The notes under the pieces: model-generated
What the model was told of the DNA's origin: nothing
Databases searched by the model: none
What the model saw: the letters and a program-made list of their open reading frames with translations, nothing else
Position numbers and translations under genes: made by a program
Part shown: one piece after another, positions 7,478 through 12,085 of the stretch
How positions within the stretch are numbered: position 1 is the first letter of the stretch
How the letters are laid out: every line of letters starts with the position of its first letter
NCBI GenBank assembly: GCA_038247415.1
Contig: JBBRUX010000072.1
Location: 1-12,085, forward strand
Length of the DNA: 12,085 nucleotides
From: Chitinivibrionales bacterium
GTDB taxonomy: Bacteria; Fibrobacterota; Chitinivibrionia; Chitinivibrionales; WJKA01
Direction of reading: 5' to 3'

Positions 7478-8308
7478 TTACCCTTTCACGGCTCCGGATG
7501 AGAGGCCTTTGACAAAAAGACGCATGGTAAAAAGAAAAATGAGTACCAACGGAATACTTGAAATGGCATAGCCTGCCATCATTTGACCCCACAATTTAAC
7601 GTACTCGCCATCAAGCTTGACAAGACCGGCAGCAAGAGTGAGCAGCTTGTCGTCACGAATAAGAATCATGGGCATGATAAAATCGTTCCATACGCCAATA
7701 AATTGCAGAATGGCCAACGTAGAAACAATTGAACCAGACATTGGTAATACAATAGTAAGGATCTGCTTAATAGGACCCGCGCCGTCGATTTCTGCTGCAT
7801 CAAAGAGATCTTTGGGGATTTCTTCGATAAAATTACGCAAGATGTAAATTTGAACAACTTGCCCACCTGCAATACCCAGTACCACCAAGGCCATGAGTGA
7901 ATTGAGGAGATTCATGCTCTTGATAATCATGAATAGAGGAATAAGGTTAGCTACGCCGGGCATAAGCATGAGAACAAGGAAAAAGTACCAAAGGAACTTT
8001 GAAAAAGGCGCTTTATACCGAGCAAAGAAATAGGCAGCAGGAATGGTAAAGCAAAACGTTAGCACCACTGAAGTAATAGCAACAAAAATGGTATTAAAAA
8101 TATAATCTCGTACAATATTCCATCCTACAAGCCAATTTTCGAAATGCAGGGGCAACCCAAAGCCAAGAGGATTAACTGCAAACTGCGCATTTGTTTTAAA
8201 ACTTATGGCAAACATCACATACAAAGGAAAGAACGAAAAGAATAAAACAGCAAGTATGCAAATATGCTTGAATACTTCACGAACAGAAAATCTTTTACGT
8301 TCTATCAT
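7478..8308 (-). CDS. Carbohydrate ABC transporter permease (MalG/UgpE type)
   Basis: 276 aa, ~6 TMs, EAA loop IPKDLFDAAEIDGAG...IVLP, WNDFIMP, C-terminal FVKGLSSGAVKG. AAGGA RBS. Confidence 0.95.
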   Translation of the reverse strand: MIERKRFSVREVFKHICILAVLFFSFFPLYVMFAISFKTNAQFAVNPLGFGLPLHFENWLVGWNIVRDYIFNTIFVAITSVVLTFCFTIPAAYFFARYKAPFSKFLWYFFLVLMLMPGVANLIPLFMIIKSMNLLNSLMALVVLGIAGGQVVQIYILRNFIEEIPKDLFDAAEIDGAGPIKQILTIVLPMSGSIVSTLAILQFIGVWNDFIMPMILIRDDKLLTLAAGLVKLDGEYVKLWGQMMAGYAISSIPLVLIFLFTMRLFVKGLSSGAVKG

Positions 8309-8344
8309 CAGATGTCCTTGGGGTACCGGAACTTACCAAAAAAA

Positions 8345-9295
8345 TTATTTATCTACCGTAACCAGTCTGTTATTTATTTCGGTGAGAATGAGAATAAATG
8401 CAAACATGATAATTCCAATTGCACATGCATATCCAGCGCGCTGATTGACAAAAGCATTGATAAACATATAGAGTCCGGGAACCATGGCTTTTCCATTTGG
8501 TCCGGCCTCTTTGCCAAAAAGAACTAGAATAAGCGCATAATCCTGCAATGTACCAATAATCATCATGACTAAATTGATGCGAACCTGACTCATGATAAGC
8601 GGAAATTCTATTCTCAAAAGCTTCTGAAACGAAGAAATACCATCTAGATCGGCTGCCTCATAAATGCTTTGATCGATATTTTGGAGCCCAGCAAGATAAA
8701 TCAGCACACCCACAACACCAACCCAGGGAAAGCCCCAAAAAATAAGCGACGGGATGATGAGATTGGTATCACCAAGCCAGATCGGGTTTATGCCCGCAAC
8801 AAATATTCCCCAGTGAAAAAAAGAATCTACCGAACACAAAAGCTGCATGATGCCTGTTTTATGGAGCAATAAATTAAGCATGCCAGCGTTGGAATCGAAG
8901 AAAAATTTCCAGATAAGAAGCGAAACCATTCCGGGAATAATCATGGGTACAACAAAGAGCACCTTGTAAACATATGCAGCCTTCTCACTCTTAAGTCTAT
9001 TTATAACAACAGCAGTGAGAACAGAAGGAATCATTTTAAAAATGTTAAAGAGAACAAGAATGCCTATTAATCCGAACCCACCCCATAAAACTGGGTCCTG
9101 AAATGCCTCTGCAAAATTTGCCAACCCTACAAAATCGTTAATATAATCGCCATTCCAGCGAAAAAATGCGTGATAGATACCGCTTATGGCAGGCGCATAG
9201 GAAAAAAGAGACACAATCAAGATGCTGGGCAGCACCAAAAGATAGATATACCAATACGCAACCAGACGTTTACGGGTAATAATTCGTGCTATCAT
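8345..9295 (-). CDS. Carbohydrate ABC transporter permease (MalF/UgpA type)
   Basis: 316 aa, ~6 TMs, FVGLANF motif, EAA loop YLAGLQNIDQSIYEAADLDG...RIEFP, GYACAIG. ATGA overlap with the binding-protein stop. Confidence 0.95.
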   Translation of the reverse strand: MIARIITRKRLVAYWYIYLLVLPSILIVSLFSYAPAISGIYHAFFRWNGDYINDFVGLANFAEAFQDPVLWGGFGLIGILVLFNIFKMIPSVLTAVVINRLKSEKAAYVYKVLFVVPMIIPGMVSLLIWKFFFDSNAGMLNLLLHKTGIMQLLCSVDSFFHWGIFVAGINPIWLGDTNLIIPSLIFWGFPWVGVVGVLIYLAGLQNIDQSIYEAADLDGISSFQKLLRIEFPLIMSQVRINLVMMIIGTLQDYALILVLFGKEAGPNGKAMVPGLYMFINAFVNQRAGYACAIGIIMFAFILILTEINNRLVTVDK

Positions 9296-11025
9296 GGTTT
9301 GCCGCCTTGGGGCGCAGGTGGAACATTTACAAAATCATCACGAAACATTTTATATTGCAATTCATTTTTTATAGCACGGGTTCGTTCATTATCCTGCGTC
9401 ATTGCATTCATAAAGTCGTATGAAAACGCTTGCAAGCTAGCCCAATATCCAGCATACCCATCTACCGAATTCTGTAAGCGCAGCAGCACCTTGGCCTCTT
9501 GGGCGGTATCGGCGGAGATCTCATGCAGAAGCGACAAGTGAGAAATTGTCTGTGCGGCAGAGGGCAAACTATTACGCAATGTCATGAGTGAACTATTGCA
9601 ATCTTTAAGAGCTACCGGCAAAAATTTTGAAGAATAAGAATTTACATAAGAATCAAACGTTGTTTTTCCGCTAAAATATTCCCATCTTAGCTGAAAACTC
9701 AAGTTATCTGTTTCATTGCCGAAAGTCATCGAGCTGCCGACGTTAGGATATCCTTTATAGGAAGGTTCAAACCCTTGCATAAAATCTATGTTTTCTGTTC
9801 CACGCACCGTACACAGCCATCCGATTTTTTTACAAAAGGTTTCGGCCACTTTTTGAGAACTATAAAAGCGAAGAAAATCGATAGCAATATCGGGGTGCTG
9901 AGAAAATCTGCACACAGCAAAAGGCATATCAAAACTCTTTGATTCCGCAGCATAGCCTTCTACATATTTTCCGTAGACAGCATCGGTGCTATCGGGGAGC
10001 GGAAACCTCATAATACCAATGTCAAAACCAGATTCTTTTGCCTGCCCAACCTGACTATTCATGTCCCAAGACCATGTAGGAATAATCACTGCGCGCTGTT
10101 GCGCAAATGAGAACGCAGCATCTTGCCGATCACGCGCCATAAAGCCAGGCTCTAGGAAGGGAACGATTTCCTTGGAAAGTTCACTTGCGGCTTTAGCTCT
10201 CTCACTTGCAAAACTAAACTTTCCTTCGACCCAGCTCGTAAAGCCTTCGATCCCAGGATCGCCATCGGCATTATAATTTCGATCGATACTATCCAGGCCA
10301 ATAGTCCTGGTTAGTGCCCCACCAAGATCGCTTGCAATTCCTTCGAATTGATAACGAGCTGCAGCAATGGGATAAATTTTTTGTTTGGTGCTATCAGCAT
10401 AATGCTGAACGCCTTTGCAAAATGCAATAAATTCGCGAAATGTTTGTGGTGGAGTTTCTTTGCCTGTAATTGCTTTCATCAGCTGTTTGTTGTAGGCAAG
10501 GCGCTGCGAAACACCCGTTATTCCTATAGAATAATAATCGAGGTTATTGGGATCCCAATTGTATTCGAGCTCATGTTTAAACGTGTGAACCCAGGGAACT
10601 CCTTCGAGATTAGTCCCCACGTTATATTCATTGGGCTGTTTTAAATATTGTCCCAACGGATAGAAATACCGTGCCGTAACGTTATCGAGTGCACCATAGG
10701 CTCCAAGTTGGCCAAATTCGATAAGATCGGGTGCTGTTCCACCAATGAGCTGCGTTATAAGAAACTGACGGTAAGCTTTATCGGTAATGGGAATTTGAAT
10801 AATTTTCACATCGGGGTGCAATTTCTCATATGCTGCAATAGTTCCTGTGACCGCCTCTCGAAAACCACTCTCAAGCTGCCAATGACAGATCCGGATTACT
10901 TTTTTGTTAGTCCAGACGATTTCTTTACCAATCGTAAATGTATTGACAATCGCCCCAATATAGGATGCGACAACCAGGCCAATACCCAAATACGAAAGCC
11001 AATTGATTGGTTTTTCACGGGCCAT
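9292..11025 (-). CDS. Extracellular solute-binding protein family 1 (sugar ABC transporter), N-terminally membrane-anchored, with a C-terminal extension
   Basis: 577 aa with an N-terminal hydrophobic helix lacking a lipobox Cys. Family-1 SBP motifs are YEKLHPDVKI, GGTAPDL, LAYNKQL, FAQQRAVI, FDIGIMRFP and AIDFLRF. It is adjacent to two permeases and an ATPase. TAATG overlap with the upstream gene and AAGGAG RBS. Confidence 0.92.
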   Translation of the reverse strand: MAREKPINWLSYLGIGLVVASYIGAIVNTFTIGKEIVWTNKKVIRICHWQLESGFREAVTGTIAAYEKLHPDVKIIQIPITDKAYRQFLITQLIGGTAPDLIEFGQLGAYGALDNVTARYFYPLGQYLKQPNEYNVGTNLEGVPWVHTFKHELEYNWDPNNLDYYSIGITGVSQRLAYNKQLMKAITGKETPPQTFREFIAFCKGVQHYADSTKQKIYPIAAARYQFEGIASDLGGALTRTIGLDSIDRNYNADGDPGIEGFTSWVEGKFSFASERAKAASELSKEIVPFLEPGFMARDRQDAAFSFAQQRAVIIPTWSWDMNSQVGQAKESGFDIGIMRFPLPDSTDAVYGKYVEGYAAESKSFDMPFAVCRFSQHPDIAIDFLRFYSSQKVAETFCKKIGWLCTVRGTENIDFMQGFEPSYKGYPNVGSSMTFGNETDNLSFQLRWEYFSGKTTFDSYVNSYSSKFLPVALKDCNSSLMTLRNSLPSAAQTISHLSLLHEISADTAQEAKVLLRLQNSVDGYAGYWASLQAFSYDFMNAMTQDNERTRAIKNELQYKMFRDDFVNVPPAPQGGKP

Positions 11026-11831
11026 TATGGCTGCTCCTTAAGAGCATCAATACGCATCTGACAATAGGTAATGCGCTGATCGGTAGGATATGATTCAATT
11101 AATTTATTGTAATATTTGAGAGCGGAAGCTTTGTCGTGAAGGATCTTTTCTGAAATATACCCAATCTGGTACACCACAGTAGGTCTACGCCGAATATTAA
11201 TAACGCCAACACTATCGGCCATAATAAGCTGATCTCTGCCAAGCTCGTAATTTTTCATTCCCAAAGCAAGTGAAGAATTAAAGAGATACATGGTACTGGC
11301 AAAAGCATTTGAGGGATACTGAGCGCAATAGGCCTTAAGAAAATCTATTGAGGCAAGAAAATCTTTTTTTGTTTGTGTGTAAGAAAGTAAATAGGCCGTC
11401 TCCAGAGCAGCTTCATGCGCATAGAGAGAGCCAGGATAACGAGAAAGAATGTTTTTCAGCCAGAGCGAGGCAGAATCGAAGCCTGCCCTATTTTGAGATC
11501 TGTATGCCTTGGCGATATTTAAATAGAGTGCAGGCGAAAGGAGATTTGTGTCACCCACTTGAGCAAGTACTTGTTTGTAGAGCGGTAGAGCTTTTTTAGC
11601 ATCACCACCAGGAATACGATACTGTACAACAAGAGCCTGACCATACCGTGCCATTTGTATGTCTGGTTGGGAGGCGGTCTTTTGACTAATAACAGTGCCA
11701 AAAAGGCGATAGGCGCCAGAAAAATTCTGATAATCGTATTCGCGCCAGGCATCGCTAAGCATGGTGGCTTGCGGAGCTACGAAAGCACCAAAGCAGAGAA
11801 AACACAAAAGTATTTTAGCGCAAAAAGTCAT
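11025..11831 (-). CDS. Secreted tetratricopeptide-repeat (TPR) protein
   Basis: 268 aa with a signal peptide-like start (MTFCAKILLCFLCFGAFVAPQA). It has repeated helical units with small/aromatic TPR patterns (AKKALPLYKQVL, ALYLNIAKAY, VYQIGYI, ALKYYNKLI) and three BamD/CpoB-like turns (SRYPGS, AQYPSN, ESYPTD). Confidence 0.88.
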   Translation of the reverse strand: MTFCAKILLCFLCFGAFVAPQATMLSDAWREYDYQNFSGAYRLFGTVISQKTASQPDIQMARYGQALVVQYRIPGGDAKKALPLYKQVLAQVGDTNLLSPALYLNIAKAYRSQNRAGFDSASLWLKNILSRYPGSLYAHEAALETAYLLSYTQTKKDFLASIDFLKAYCAQYPSNAFASTMYLFNSSLALGMKNYELGRDQLIMADSVGVINIRRRPTVVYQIGYISEKILHDKASALKYYNKLIESYPTDQRITYCQMRIDALKEQP

Positions 11832-11876
11832 AGGTACTCGTGATGTAAATTAGCTAAAGCAACTTGAAACCAATTT

Positions 11877-11905
11877 AAAATATATCAACCAGGGAAGTCT
11901 GGCAA
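11877..11905 (-). promoter_or_regulatory. Putative sigma70-type promoter for the operon
   Basis: The minus strand reads TTGCCA (11905-11900), a 17-nt spacer, then TATTTT (11882-11877), ending 45 nt upstream of the TPR start codon. An overlapping extended -10 (TGaTATATT) is also possible. The region is AT-rich, so a chance match is possible. Confidence 0.45.
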
Positions 11906-12085
11906 CTTATAATCAACGATATTTGTTAAGCCACTTTCAAAGGTCCCCACCGTTTCTGAGTTCTTGTCCGTTTTCCCGTTCCAATTAAACTAATTTGTTG
12001 CTGTACAGGTAAGGGTCAGCAGCTCGGGCGGAGAAAAGGACACATCATGGACACTGGACAGTCTGTTCTCGGTGGGCAGCAAGCC

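Noticed and set aside
477..11843. Numerous 60-137 aa + strand ORFs and short alternate-frame minus-strand ORFs in the track
   Set aside because: All lie within or across well-supported minus-strand genes and show no recognisable motifs; they are shadow ORFs.
11885..12085. Minus-strand frame open across a single TAG at 11992-11990 (possible readthrough or recoding)
   Set aside because: Both parts are short (31 and 34 codons) with no recognisable motif. TAG serves as a normal stop at 3877-3879 and 3014-3016, and the frame overlaps the predicted promoter.
11832..12085. Search for a RiPP precursor peptide gene to partner the RRE
   Set aside because: Only a 10-codon ATG ORF (MMCPFLRPSC) without an RBS was found on the operon strand, and all internal gaps are <=42 nt. 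There is no credible precursor.
1..12085. CRISPR arrays, tRNA/rRNA genes, transposases, integrases, intrinsic terminators
   Set aside because: No regularly spaced repeats, RNA-gene signatures, mobile-element ORFs or GC-rich hairpin plus U-tract were seen; nearly all sequence is accounted for by coding regions.

Overview
The window is almost entirely one tightly packed, co-oriented minus-strand bacterial operon of 11 genes (AT-leaning, roughly 40-45% GC by eye). Intergenic gaps are 0-42 nt, with four overlapping stop/start junctions. In transcription order the genes encode: a secreted TPR protein; a membrane-anchored family-1 solute-binding protein; two carbohydrate ABC permeases; a MalK/UgpC-type ATPase; an 820-aa OPT-like (DUF6785/DUF6784-type) multipass membrane protein; an internally duplicated 285-aa hypothetical protein; a stand-alone PqqD/RRE-fold protein; an FtsX/MacB-type permease; a LolD/MacB-type ATPase; and the 5' end of a secreted protein with an M28-peptidase-like start, which the ORF track missed. 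The most interesting point is the downstream module: an RRE/PqqD peptide-binding fold sits in a transport operon with no visible RiPP precursor or modifying enzyme, directly coupled to a sugar-type importer. The first ~67 nt are GC-rich and read on the + strand as a fragment of a formylmethanofuran-H4MPT formyltransferase (Ftr/FhcD), suggesting a chimeric join at the left end. Family assignments come from motif recognition and recall, not from database searches.
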